Below, in pieces: positions 1-13,070 of a stretch of DNA of 64,000 nucleotides. The notes under the pieces were generated by a model. That model was given only the letters and a program-made list of their open reading frames with translations, made no database searches and was not told the origin of the DNA. Source of the stretch: Podarcis liolepis (Eukaryota); NCBI GenBank assembly GCA_965112155.1, contig OZ218100.1, one strand, 5' to 3'. Made by a program: the position numbers and the translations under genes. Numbering within the stretch: position 1 is the stretch's first letter; every line of letters starts with the position of its first letter.

Positions 1-301
1 TTTGGATGGCATGTCTGCATTTTGTGTGTGTACTACATATGGGATTTCCCATCTCTCTTGCATACTGTCCCTGCATTGGCCCTAATTCATTCATGTGTGT
101 GGCAGAGATGTGGAAGAACAGGAAGTGTAGGTTGCTTGTGTTTCCTGTTTCTCCCTTGACATCACCCTCTCAGGTGTGAGTGATGAAATCTTGAATGATG
201 TATGTAAATCAGCCCAACTCGTCATGCCTGGTGTGAGTCCTTAAAACAGTAGACTCCTGATTCATATGGCAGTTAAGAACACTTTGCCACTTGGCATGGA
301 A

Positions 302-439
302 CAGCCTTTCTCAACCTGTGGGTCCCCAGATGTTGTTGAACTACAACTCCCATCACTCCTAGTTAGCAAGGCCAGAGCTCAGGGATGATGGGAGTTGTAG
401 TCCAACAACATCTGGGGACCCACAGGCTGAGAACCGCTG
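302..439. mobile_element. Palindromic hAT-like MITE related to 53180
   Basis: Inverted arms sharing the core CCAGATGTT..ACTACAACTCCCATCA / TGATGGGAGTTGTAGT..AACATCTGG; TSD not clear. Confidence 0.75.
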
Positions 440-1029
440 GATTAGAGGAAGGGAGGCTGCTATTGAAAAGGAATGCCAAAAGCACTGTTGGGTAGGCATC
501 AAAGGAGAGTTCTGTTGGGGCCACAGAGACCTAGAATCTCTAAATATTTTCCTTCTCTGATGGCAGCTTTGTGGTTACTGGGTATTGCTCATCATTGTAC
601 AGCACCCAACTGTTTTAGATGCTTTATAAACAATATTATCTAATATGTGTTCCTATAGTGGCCAGTTTAAATGCAGATGCCCCTCCCTCTGTACTTCCTG
701 AATAGGGGAGCAGTAAGGAGCATTGTGTCAAGAAGATTTATCTGTTTAAAAAATTACAGAAAGCTTTTCAATCAAACAGTTTATACCAACAAACCATTAA
801 TATAATTTTAAACCTTCCCCTCACCTTGATTTGCAAATCCACATTTCCTGGAAGAACTAGGATAAGGCAGGGTGCGTCAGGGGAAGGAGGAGTCCAGATA
901 CACTTCCTTACTTGGAATTCTTCCAGGGAAGCTGAGAGGAAGGGGGAAACCAGAATGTCTGTGAGGGGGCAATTCTTCTTCCTTGCACAGCCAGTCTCCT
1001 ACTCTAGTTCAACATACACTTAGGAAAAG

Positions 1030-1441
1030 GAAGGACAGATGGAAGGAGTTTTTCTCCCTCTCTCGTAACACTACAACGCACGGACGTCCAACAAAGCTGA
1101 ATGTTGGAAGATTCAGAACAGACAAAAGAAAGCGCTTGTTCACACAGCACATTGTTGAACTGCAGGATTTGCTAACAACAGAGGCAGTGCTGCCCAACAA
1201 CTTGGGTGGCTTTGAAAGAGGATTAGACGAATTCGTGGAGGAAAAGGCTCTCAATGGTGCCTCTACCTTCACTGTCAGAGGCCAGTGTGCCTCTGAATAC
1301 TAGTGGCTGGGAACTGTAGGAGAGAAGGATGCTGTTATGCTCAGGTCTTGCAGGCTTCCCATAGGCATCTGGCTGGCCAATGTGAGAACAGGATGCTGGT
1401 CTAGATGAGCCACTGGCTTGATCCGGCAGGCTGTTCTTATG
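1030..1441 (+). mobile_element. CR1 LINE 3' fragment
   Basis: Translates FSLSRNTTTHGRPTKLNVGRFRTDKRKRLFTQHIV (CR1 ORF2 C-terminus-like); 3' tail ends GTTCTTATG. Confidence 0.75.
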
Positions 1442-1959
1442 GGCAAGCTGTTGGCAGCTGCGGACCAGGCAACTCTCTCAAGAAACCATAGTCAACCTGT
1501 GAGCTCCCAGTTGCCAATCTGATCTACCATCTTTGCCTTTAATCTTGTTTAGATGTAACCTACTTGACAGCTGAGGTCATTGGCCCTCTTCTAAGTAAGA
1601 TAGGCCTAGATTTTCAACATCAAAGAAGACAAATCCTACAGTGTGTCCTACTTGCTTACCTAATAAGGTTTTTTGTGACATACATCTGTTTGTCTAACAG
1701 GTGTGTTTCAGATGCTTTGTCTAAATCATAAAATCTGTAACATTTTATAGATGTCAGTGCAATGAGCGGTCCTCGGATAGACCGTTTGAGTGTGGTATTT
1801 CAGCTAATCAAAATTTTAAGCTTTTGAGAACTGCTGGATTTGAGATGGCTAAAGGGAAACCACTACAAGGGTGATGTCTGTTTTTAGAATGAAATATCCA
1901 TAGTGTGTTTAGATATCTGGAGATAGCAAAGCAAAAGGAGCTGTGTAAGTGGGCACAAA

Positions 1960-2320
1960 GGGGACGTGGGTGGCGCTGTGGTCTAAACCACAGAGCCTAG
2001 GGCTTGCCAATCAGAAGGTTGGTGGTTCGAATCCCTGTGGCAGGATGAGCTCCCGTTGCTCAGTCCCAGCTTCTGCCCACCTAGCAGTTCGAAAGCATGT
2101 CAAAGTGCAAGTAGATAAATACGTACCACTCCAGCGGGAAGGTAAACAGCGTTTCCGTGTGCTGCTCTGGTTCACCAGAAGCGGCTTAGTCATGCTGGCC
2201 ACATGACCCAGAAGCTGTCTGCGGACAAACGCCGGCTCCCTCAGCCTATAGAGTGAGATGAGCATGAAACCCCAGAGTCGTCCGTGACTGGACCTAATGG
2301 TCAGGGGTACCTTTACCTTT
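1960..2320 (+). mobile_element. Sauria SINE, full length
   Basis: tRNA-like head (TGGCGCTGTGG, GGTTCGAATCC), ACCTTT tail, imperfect TSD TAAGTGGRCACA; three homologous copies in the window. Confidence 0.88.
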
Positions 2321-4444
2321 AAGTGGACACATAATTTGCTGCATGTCCTGATCCTTTTGCACAGAAGGCGGTAGGTAGATTGTGCAGTGTGATCATCTTG
2401 GGAGGATCGGTGTTCAAAACACCCATTGTTCTAGGTGCATTTTGTAACACGGAATTTCATTAGTGCAAGCAGTTTCTGAGCTCTGGCCACAGTACTGCGC
2501 CTAAGATTTCAGATTTAAACTGCAGAGTGGAAGGAGGGGAGGACCTTTTTCTGCCGCCCCACTTCCAGCTATTCTCTGAAGACTGGAGAAGAGACCCTCT
2601 TAAGTATATTAGAGGGGGTAGGCAGGGGACAGACTGGACCCTGTGTAAAATGAACATAATATTTTAGCTGCAGTTCATTCATTTTCAGCTTTTATTCTGG
2701 TTATAAAAAGGATGCCTAGACATTCTGTTGTTGCACCCATTATCTAGGTTTAAGGTGCCATTTAGCTCCTAGTTTTCATATCTCTGTTTCCAACACTGGT
2801 GAGGATATCTGTGTGTTGGGCCATAAGGACAGCCACATGGGTATAGGGCTGTGCTGCTAAGAAACTGCATGCTAAGGAACAAAAACCTGTCTGTGAAGGA
2901 AGAATGTGTTCAGTATTTCAAGTAATAAAACACAATGACAATTTTCAGAGTAGGATACAGTGAAATCCAGGAAAAAGAAATTATGGAGTAGGACGTCCAT
3001 GGGCAGCTTTGAAGCTTAAAAGAAAACCAAGTTTTTAAAGACTTCTACAATATATATTAGATAATTTACAGATCTCTGAGGGCAGGACCAAATACAGGCA
3101 ACTTCTGTATTTTTTCTGTATGTTTTGATTGATGTGCAGTCGCACACATGCGTACACTGCAGAACCTGGAAGTGATCCTAAAACGTCACAAAAAGGGCAG
3201 GGTGGAATATTTTATGCAGGCCCCGCTGATGCGTGTGGAGGTCTAATATGTAACCTCCATGCAAAATGAGGATTGTCTTTATACAAATTCAATCTCCCAT
3301 TTCTGGTATCTTCTAATTGCCTCCCGACCTCCCACCACCATTGCTTGCCTTTGTATTGGTCATCAGCTATGATAAATTCCCTCAAAGTGCTTTTCTTATA
3401 TTTACCCCCAGATGTTTTGAGATCATCAGAGTAGGTGTGCTTGGAATGCACCTGTATTCTGAAATGAGGATGGCAGCCATATCCAGGGACAGGGTGCTGG
3501 TTCTTGCCTCATTGTAGAATTTATTTCCAAGAGAAGCCCAACAAGCTAATTTTCCACTCCATTCCAGAAATAGCTGGGGATGTGACTCCAGAGGCAGGGT
3601 TTTCTAGTTAGTATACTGTCTTTTTTAAAAAAAAGATAATGGTCTTTAACATAAAGCATATGATTCTGTGTTAATTGTATTTTTGGTTGTTTAGTTACAA
3701 TGCTTACCTGTAAGTTGCTTTTGAGAGCTTCAGGTATAACGTGAGATATAAATGTTTAGATATTCAGTCAAAAATATCTAAGAGTTTTGCATAACTTACT
3801 CTTCTTCTTGTGTCCATTCAAGAAATTATGTTTAATTCCCCCCCCCCTAAAGTTAAAAGAAGTTGGATGGGTTAGATACTGTGCTTTTCTCTTGCTTACT
3901 GTATACACTGTATAAAGCATGCTTGTGGGCTTCAAAGGAGTAATGCTCCATAATAATTCTTCACAAAGTAATGCTTGAATCCCTTGGAACTGGTCATTTT
4001 GATAACCAAGCCTTTTTATTTGTCAGGGTGTTTTCTTACTAGGAAGATGGGACCAAAATATGTTTCCTCTCTCCTGTAATCAAATAGTTATTAGCCCATA
4101 GAATCCTGCTGTTGTTGTGTTTGGCAGTCAATGAAGGCAGTATCTTAGGTCAAAAGCTAGCTTGGTTTTCAGCTAGTTCACTCTTAGATCTCCTGGGGTT
4201 GGGGACTTCCTGTTTATGAACATAACAAAAGCATTTTTCCTATGTGCACACAGAGGAAGTTGGTCTTATGCTGACCGAGTAATCATGTCACTGACAGCTA
4301 CTTACAAATATTGTAGCAAAGGTACTCCTTGTTTTAGAGAAACAGTAACAATAATTACCCCAACAAATACTGTATTGGTTGAAGTTGCATAAAAATAACA
4401 CAAATGCTAGTGAATAGATAAATTGGATACATCCTATGCCTCTA

Positions 4445-4670
4445 CAGTGGTACCTCGGGTTAAGTACATAATTCGTTCCGGAGGTCCGTACTTAACCTGA
4501 AACTGTTCTTAACCTGAAGCACCACTTTAGCTAATGGGGCCTCCTGCTGCTGCCGTGCCGCCGGAGCACAATTTCTGTTCTCATCCTGAAGCAAAGTTCT
4601 TAACCTGAAGCACTATTTCTGGGTTAGCGGAGGCTGTAACCTGAAGCGTATGTAACCCGAGGTACCACTG
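4445..4670. mobile_element. Tc1/mariner (Tigger-like) MITE
   Basis: 18-bp TIR CAGTGGTACCTCGGGTTA, TA target duplication. Confidence 0.85.
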
Positions 4671-7023
4671 TACTATAATAGATTACTGACAGAATAATTC
4701 AGATTTGGCCCTTAGATAACGGCTTCACATATCTGTTCCTCCATATGTTGTACCACAGATTGTGGATATATTTTTGAGAGCTATACCTATAACAGAAGAT
4801 CTGTGAAAACTTGCAAATAAGTGCATATGTTTCAGGTCTAATTTCGGCTCAGAATCTGCCTTGGTCTTCCTGTAGGAAGAAAAACACAGAGTGTGTGATC
4901 CTGTTGATTCTTTTGGACTTTCCAGTAATTTTTGATAGAGCATGCAATCTTTCTGTCAGAGCTTGCTATCCTTTCAGAGACACTGGATGTGAATTTTGAA
5001 CTGACAAGTAGCTGGTAAAAAAAAAAGGAAAAGTGTGTATCTGTGCACCTGCTTGTGTGTGATTATGTGGGCCTATCCCCACCCACTTTTTGAATTTGCC
5101 TCCCAAAAGTTTTCCATGGGGAAAATATGGCTCTCAGTCTCAGCTCATAAGAGGTATTCTAGCCCTGGATAAATAGGTCCCTTTCCCTCACTGGTGCTCT
5201 GCTCAAGATTTCACATATTTTTCTTAGTGGAGTTGTTGAGAAATAGCCATTGAGAAAAATAGGTGTTCAGTTACCCTGACCCTCAGTGCATGTTAAGAAT
5301 CAGAAAGAACTACCAAATGGTGAAAGCATCTATGTTGTGTTTTCTGATGAGGCCTTAGAGAAGAAAGTTTAGAGGAAAACAAATGGCTCTTGCCAGTGCC
5401 TTTGCTTGAGCTCCTTGAGATGCTTTTGTGATCTGTTTTGATCTTTGGCATCACTATGCAGTGGATCAAGATTTCCTAGCATTGTAAGATAACATAAGCA
5501 CCCATCATGAAAATCATTGATGTCCTGACTAAATTGGGATTGATGGAGAGCAAGGAAGAATTGACTATGGTATTGCACCATCTACTTTTTGTACTCTATT
5601 GGATTTATCAATGGGTTTCAGGTATTTTTCTGTGTATGGAATAGGGGTGGGGATACTGTAGCTCTCCAGATTTTTGTGGATTACAAACTACCATTTGCCA
5701 TGCTGATGAAGGCTGCTGGGAGTTGTAGTCAGCTACATCTGGAGAACCCCACTGGTCAGCCACTGCTAGTATAGAATATACCAACTGAGAATAATTGTTG
5801 CCAGAGTTCAGTTGCCTTGTACTGGCACTTTGACACAAGAGTATGAGCACACACCTCATAAGTGTTTGGCTGAAGCAGCACATTATACAGTAAAAAAACT
5901 ATTACAAGAAAAAGATCCCTGTAGCACACACACAAAAACTCCTGTTTCTCTGTATTTGGGATTTTTGATGAGCTCCTTTCTGCGTCAGCTTGTGATTTCT
6001 GATGTTATTTGACCTGTTCTTTAAGGAAAATCAGCACTTCTACAACACTGTCTTTCCCTTGGTCATAAATAAAGCTCGTAATAATTCAAAAGTACAGTAA
6101 ACAACTTTTCATTTGTCACAGTCATAAAGCCAATAGGTATACTATCACAAGAGTAATGTTGGGAAAGAGAATGAAGCTACTTTGAGCTTGTTTATTGATG
6201 CAATCTAAGATATCAGTATGGGCAGGACAGGGACAGCAAAGGTCAGGAGCACATTTACTCCCTCATGTTTGCCCCCGACATGATTGTTTTTTGGCTAAGA
6301 ATGCAAAAAGACGAATAAGGGATGTTCCCAACTTTCCCCTGATGAGGCTCAATCTCATGTCTTTGCTTGCTGCCTCCCTACTATATGCATTAAGTCACTG
6401 GAGCCTGCTCCTGGCGGTGTGTTTATTGTGTGTTGTGGCCCCTTCCTGTGTGTTCTCTCCACCCTTATATTGGGCCTTAATGCCTTGTGTGTGTGTGCTC
6501 TCTCTCTGTGTGTGTACACTCTCATTTCTTGCCTATGTGTGCTGTGCTCCAAAATGGTGGTTGTGAGCAGTGCAAGGAGATTCAAACCTGTGTTTGTAGA
6601 ACTCGGAAGTAAGGCAGTCATTGTTTGCTGTGACACTGGGAGTGCTGTGTCATCATTTTAAGTACTGTGTGTGTAGTGATCCTGGGATAAGTTGCCATCT
6701 TGAGTTCATTGTCTCCCTTTGTGTGTGTGGGCATCATGGTTGGCACAGACTCCGATTGGTAGGCTTTGGTGATGCTGGTGGGTGGTGTCTGCTATTTTAA
6801 TGCCACTTTCTGATTGTCTTTGTTCCTGCTTGCCAGCCGCCTCCTCGGCTGAGTGAGTGTAGGATACGGTGATGCCCCACTGGCACAGAAGCAACAGCTT
6901 TCCTCCCTCATATATCACTGCTACATAGGATTGCTCTGCCAGCATTTTTGAAACTTTTCGTTGATGAGTTTTACTCTACCTTTGAAATCTATGGGATTTC
7001 AGAGGACTTCACTCAGGCAGTGT

Positions 7024-7380
7024 AAAGGTAAAGGTAAAGGGACCCCTGAGCATTGGTCCAGTTGTGGCCGACTCTGGGGTTGCGGCGCTCATCTCGCTTT
7101 ATTGGCTGAGGGAGCTGGCGTACAGCTTCCAGGTCATGTGGCCAGCATGGCTAAGCCACTTCTGGCGAACCAGAACAGCACACGGAAACGCTGTTTACCT
7201 TCCTGCCGGAGCGGTACCAATTTATCTACTTGCACTTTGACGTGCTTTCGAACTGTTAGGTTGGCAGGAGCAGGGACCGAGCAACGGGAGCTCACCCTGT
7301 TGCGGGGATTCGAACCGCCGACCTTCTGATCGGCAAGTCCTAGGCTCTGTGGTTTAACTCACAGCACCACCCGCGTCCCC
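7024..7380 (-). mobile_element. Sauria SINE, full length
   Basis: Reverse complement of the 1960 copy; (AAAGGT)n tail; TSD AGGCAGKGTAAAG. Confidence 0.88.
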
Positions 7381-9816
7381 AGGCAGGGTAAAGCAGTGTT
7401 ATTATTACAGCTTGAAATGTGGTCTTACAGCTCAGGTAGCGAGATATAAATAGAAGTCTGTATTCCAGGGTGGAGAACATCAGGCCTAGGGGCCAGGCAC
7501 AGCCCTCTAGGCTTCTCTGTCTGGCCCGCAGGACTCTCCCTAGGCCATGACCCCCACCTTTCCCCCTTCCTTTGTTCTGGTGTTTTTCCTTTCAAGATTT
7601 CACCAAATTAAGCTCACACTGTTGCACCCCATATTTATATGGTTGAAGGCAGGACTACTGAAGTGTTAGTATGGAACAGTGGCATGCATGCACACATCCC
7701 TTCTCAAATTGGAGACATTTCTGGTACATAAATTCAGAGGAGTGTTAATGAATGGTAATCTGCCTTTGGATTCTGTTTTGACTGTGATGTCATAGAAAAT
7801 GAGTGCAATATTCCCTTGCTGCTCCACTCTGCAAAGTGCTGCTAGCAGAATACATTTGTATGTGTAATGTAGGGTTATGGATTTGGCAAAGGGGATATTT
7901 ATTTGGTAGGCTGCTGTTGTAGTCTTAGAGTATAAATTGCCAGAGTTTCCAGGCTACTTACTTAAAGTACTAACCCCCGCCGCCCAAAAAACCCTGTAAA
8001 CTTAAAAGGAAAGATATAGTTGACAGTGTGCAGAAACAGGAATAGAATCAGATAAAGAATGTTTTGCAAAATACTGGTGACTAACCTTTTGTTAGGCCTT
8101 GATGGGTTTAAAAATGTCACCAACCACTCCTTTTTAAATGCATGAGAAAGATAAACTTACTTGTTCGGAAGCAATTTAAAACTGTATAGTATAAAAATAA
8201 CTACCGTACTTCTGGCTCCTGATTTTTTAAACACGTGTTTCTGTGAAGCAGAATACATTGTATTAACTTGGGAGTTATTTTATTTTATTTTACTTATATG
8301 CTATAAGCTACTTAAAAATGAGAATATGCTGAAACATTGCGGGAGAAAAGATTAAAAAAAACAAAAACCTCATAGATTCAACAGCTTGATCTTTCCTTCC
8401 ATACCAGCTTCTTCGTTACTGGCAAGACACAGAGAAGGTATTTGCAATGAAATTAAAATCACATCTCTGTTGTCTGCTTAACTTACTTTCTTGGATCAAA
8501 TGTCTATTGGATGGTGAGGGGAATGTGCAAGGTTCCAATTCAGTATGGACCAGTTTGGTTCACATCAGCAAACCAAACATTTCCTCAACCTAACTGATGC
8601 ATACCTGGCCTCCATTGTTCTGGTCAAAATAAAATAAAATAAAATAAATTTAAATATATTATATGACCTAGCATCTGGGTTTTGGTTTATTGTGGCCACC
8701 ACCTTCTGCCAGTGTACTTCCCCCAAATTAATCAATTAATCAATTAATTACAATTGTATACTGCCCTTCATCCGTGGATCTTAGGATGGGTTACAGCATA
8801 AAAATACATAATAAAAACAAAAACTCCCTCCCCTCTCTCCTCCCAAAAACACATTTAATAGGGCATAAGAAGTTAATCAGCCCAAGGCCTGTTTAAGGAG
8901 GACCGTTTTCACCTGGCGGCTAAAGGTGTATAATGAAGGCACCAGCCGAACCACCCAGGGGAGAGCATTCCACAGCCCTACATATAAATGCACTGCAGTA
9001 ATTCCTTAATGCTTTAAATATTCCTCAGTATGAGATTTCTCTTATGATCATTTAAGTATGAGGGCATCTGTTTATGATCTACCATTGTCATAGCCCATGC
9101 ATGACTTACTTGCATGTAGGGCAAAGCCATGTCGAATCAGGAGTGGGGTTGTGTTTTTAGCCTCGCTGTTGACATCCCATCTGCTTTTCTCTTGTCGACC
9201 ACACATTGCACATGGTTGTCTGTCCTAGTGTCTCAATTGCGCAGAGGGCGCACATGTGATCAAGAGCTCGCTCACACGCTTAAGTTTCTTTACAGCCAGC
9301 TGCATTGTCAGAGAAATCAGATGAGATGTTGGAGACAGGGTAAAAAAGCCTAGCCTTGCTCCTGATTCAGCATGTTGCCCTACACATGACTAACATATGC
9401 ATAGGCTATGCCTAGTTTGGTGCCTAGAGAAAACAAATGCCAGATGGAACATTTATATTAGGAAGAATTCAAGCGTTGATAAGATGAGTTCACACATTCA
9501 AACTGCAAGCATGAATCACAATGTAGTGATCCAGCCCAGATTGTTCCTTCTTGTCATCCCCCAGCTTGACTTCTGTTTTAGCAACTGGTAATACACACAC
9601 TTTCTCTTTGAGGTATGAAAATGTAAGATCTGCACTTTACCTTTGGATTACTTGACAGTAAATTAGGTTCACCTGTAGTTCTTTTGCTTTTCCACATAAA
9701 ACAGGTCTAAATGGATTTTCCACAAGATAAGAAGTTTATTCTTACCAAAATAAAATTTGGCTTTCCATCCCCATTCCTAGCATTCATATGAAACTAGTTT
9801 TCACATTTGTTGTGAG

Positions 9817-9960
9817 CAGTGCTTTTTTATGGAGGGATGCAGGGGTACACATACCCCAAACATTTTGTGAATCTATGTTTGGCCTCATTGAGGGGCAGTA
9901 TTTCAATATGAGTAGGAATATGAGAGTACCCCTAAACATTTCTTTGAGAAAAAAAGGCTG
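9817..9960. mobile_element. Short hAT-like MITE
   Basis: CAGTGCTTTTTT...AAAAAAGGCTG ends; 8-bp TSD RTTGTGAG. Confidence 0.65.
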
Positions 9961-12330
9961 ATTGTGAGACTAAAACAGGCAAAAATAAATTAATGAAGAA
10001 GCTGTTAACTGAGCCCTCCCTGATAAAACTGGTTTCCAGTGATTAGTTAATCAAAGCTTTAATTGAATAACTTTACACAGACCATTAAAGGGTTTCCCAT
10101 TTTGCATTGAAGCTACCACGCCTACAATACCAGCCGTAAATATTAACGCATAAAACTTTAGTGTCTTTCTTGGGGTAGCAGTGGGAGTAAAATACATTTT
10201 TGAAGACTTGCCCTGAAATCAGGAAACATTAGTATATGACCTAGAAATGGAGGAAGAGATGTGTGACAGCAGAGGCCCTTGTCTTATGTTGAGAGTATTG
10301 GCTGTTTACATGTGCATTAAAGATTCTACCTTAAAAACAAACAACCCATACTCAGAGTAGAGTATGCATTGGTTAGATACCATTCTTTATCCTTGGGTAA
10401 GGTATACCCAAAATTTCGGTGCCTTGAACTCTGAGAATTTTAAATGTGCTGAAATTTAACCATCATTAGAATTATATGCCACTATCTAACCATTAATTAG
10501 AATGAAAATTCTTGATGCTGTTGAATGTACCAAGAATGAAGAACTAGGTATATGAACCAGAAGCCTATATTTAATAGAGTCAAAGACAAGAAGAGGCCAT
10601 ATCAATAATCTGTTTCAGAATTCTCCTGGTGAATGTGGTGGTTTTTCCTATGGAGTTTTTCCAGCTTCACGGTGTTAATACTCTTCCTGCTCCAGGCACC
10701 AAATATAAAAACAAATGCTACTAGTAATGAGGGAATACAGTGGTTTTTCCTAATTTAGTCATGCATAAACATCCAGAGGAATAAATTAGGTGTGTTATGA
10801 CTCTACTACACAGTAAGTAGAGTCCTGTTACTGGTATTCCAGTAAAAAGCATAGATAGCGACTGTGGGCACGTTCCTTGCTGCAGTGCTTTTTTGAGGTA
10901 AAACAATGGTGTGCTGGTACTCATATATGGATAAAAACGCTATAGGTGCCAGCACAAAATGGCTGCCATGGGCAACAGAAAAAGAGGTGACAGTACACAC
11001 TGAGTACTATGACAAAAATCCATTGCCTTGCTGTTATACGCAGCTGAGAAGAAGTGGGATGGTTATATGCCTGCCTGAAAACAACTGTGGACAGAAGAGC
11101 TCACTCTCTCTGTGTGTGTTTGTGGTTTCCATCTGTCACAAGTGGTGTGTGGCCATTGTTTGCCATATAAACATTTCTTCAATGAACTGCTCTGTTTTTA
11201 TAGTTATGGCTAAGAGGTGATGTCAGCAGTGCATTCCAGACAGGAGTAACAATGCTAATGATACATTTTCAGTGTTGTAACAGAAATGATGGTACATAGG
11301 AGGCCATCAGAGAGCCATCATACCACTTTGGCTGTTTCTGTAGTGAGAAAGAATGGGACTGAGATGTGCCGACAGCTGGCGTAGGGGGAGGGGAGGGAGA
11401 GAAGGGGACTTGCGTTGTTTTTGCTTGCCTACAATCCATAAAAAATTAAAAAGCTAAATCACATAAAATTATGTTTTTTAAATCTCTGTAAATTAAACCT
11501 TTTTATAATCTTGATATTTGCGATTACAGTTTATGATGTTAAATGCAGAAATGATTGCATATAGCTATAGTCCTTCATTGTTAAGCCCTTTAATTTCCAG
11601 GGATGGCTTTTCAATGTGATACCTCTGCATTAATTTGGTAAAGAAGTTGGATGGGAGAGACTACTCCGAGTGTGTTTTTGTCTTCCCCGCCCCTCGCCAT
11701 CCCCCTTTCCTTAGTAGAGAACTTGAAACATTAAATGAAACAGCTGTTTGCCATGAGTGAAATGTGATGCCTGATAAAATGGGTCTCTGACTGGCTCAGC
11801 TTCCTCTGTTCTCTTGGAAAGGAACCATCATTGGCTTTGACAGGATCCCTGTTCTTCTTCAAAGAGAAAAAAAGATTCATTCAAAACAGAAACTATATAC
11901 CTTTGCACATGACCAAATGTGATATAAAATTTAAAGTTAGCAAACTGAATTGTTTGGACAGGTTGCTGTCATAATTCCTCTGATACTTTTATGTCAACCT
12001 TTGAGTTGTATCCGTTGGTGATTTTGTACTAGCAGAAAGTGCTCCTTCTTGCTCTCCACAGTTCTGGGTGGTGATCCCAAGCCTAGGGAGCATTTTTTGG
12101 GGGAGTGCTATGTGTGTGCTAGGTGGAGGGGGGAATTTGGGTGGCCATGCCTTCCTTGAGCAGAAGCATCTTTCACTAGTCCAAACTGACCATATAACAC
12201 TACCCCTTGTTGTTGATGAGTTGGCAGAGAGTATGAAATTGACTCGCTGGTGCTAGTGCAGACACAGCTGCTGCAGCAGCCATCTTTTATGACAAAACAG
12301 GATTAGACTACGTATTATAGATTAAAGTTA

Positions 12331-12714
12331 GGGATGTGGGTGGCACTGTGGTCTAAACCACAGAGCCTCTTGGGCTAGCCGATCAGAAGGTCAGCAGTTT
12401 GAATCCCCGCAACAGGGTAAGCTCCTGTTGCTCGGTCCCTGCTCCTGCCAACCTAGCAGTTCGAAAGCACGCCAGACAGTGCCAGTAGATAAATAGGTAC
12501 CGCTCCGGCGGGAAGGTAAACAGCGTTTCCGTGCGCTGCTCTGGTTTTGGTGTTCCGTTGCGCCAGAAGCGGCTTAGTCATGCTGGCCACATGACCCGGA
12601 AAAATGGTCTGCGGACAAACACCGGCTCCCTCGGCCTGTAAAGCGAGATGAGTGCCGCAACCCAGAGTCATCTGTGACTGGACTTAACTGTCAGGGGTCC
12701 TTTATCTTTACTTT
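12331..12714 (+). mobile_element. Sauria SINE, full length
   Basis: Homologous to the other copies; flanking GATTAAAGT repeat. Confidence 0.86.
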
Positions 12715-12879
12715 ATTGATTAAAGTACAGTAGGTTTGGAAATTATGAATTATGAAAGCCCCATAGTCAATTGTCAACCATTAAATTGATGTTTATAATA
12801 TTTTGTTTATTATAATCCACATTTTCATAAAAATATATCAAGGCACATTTACAACATAGAAGAATAAAATCGGCAAAAA

Positions 12880-13070
12880 AGCATCCAATCCACTGATTGA
12901 TTAAAAAGAGAACATTTTATATTTCAAAGGCCTCAAACAATATAGTTCTCAGAAAGCATCTGAAAGAAGGAAGGGATGGTTCCTGCTGAAGCGCTTCTGG
13001 TAGGGAGTTCCACAAGGCAGCGCCTGCTGTACTAAAGGCTTGGCCCCTAGTGAAGGTCAACTGATGCTTG
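12880..13070 (-). mobile_element. L2/CR1-clade LINE 3' fragment
   Basis: RGQAFSTAGAALWNSLPEALQQEPSLPSFRCFLRTILF resembles the L2 ORF2 C-terminus. Confidence 0.6.

Noticed and set aside
1949-2265. Recurrent short ORFs ending GFEPPTF or KHVKVQVDK (also near 6961 and 48464)
   Set aside because: Spurious translations of Sauria SINE copies.
6380-6900. Possible alternative first exon or promoter of PHACTR2 (GTGAGT near 6863)
   Set aside because: No ATG-led frame with the phase-1 donor needed to join the exon at 19649 and no resemblance to the known N-termini (MDNA, MGQTSVS); cannot be supported without RNA data.
10927-10947. ATG GAT AAA AAC GCT resembling the MDNA first exon
   Set aside because: Peptide differs (MDKNAI), the donor is weak and the context looks like a repeat; probably chance.
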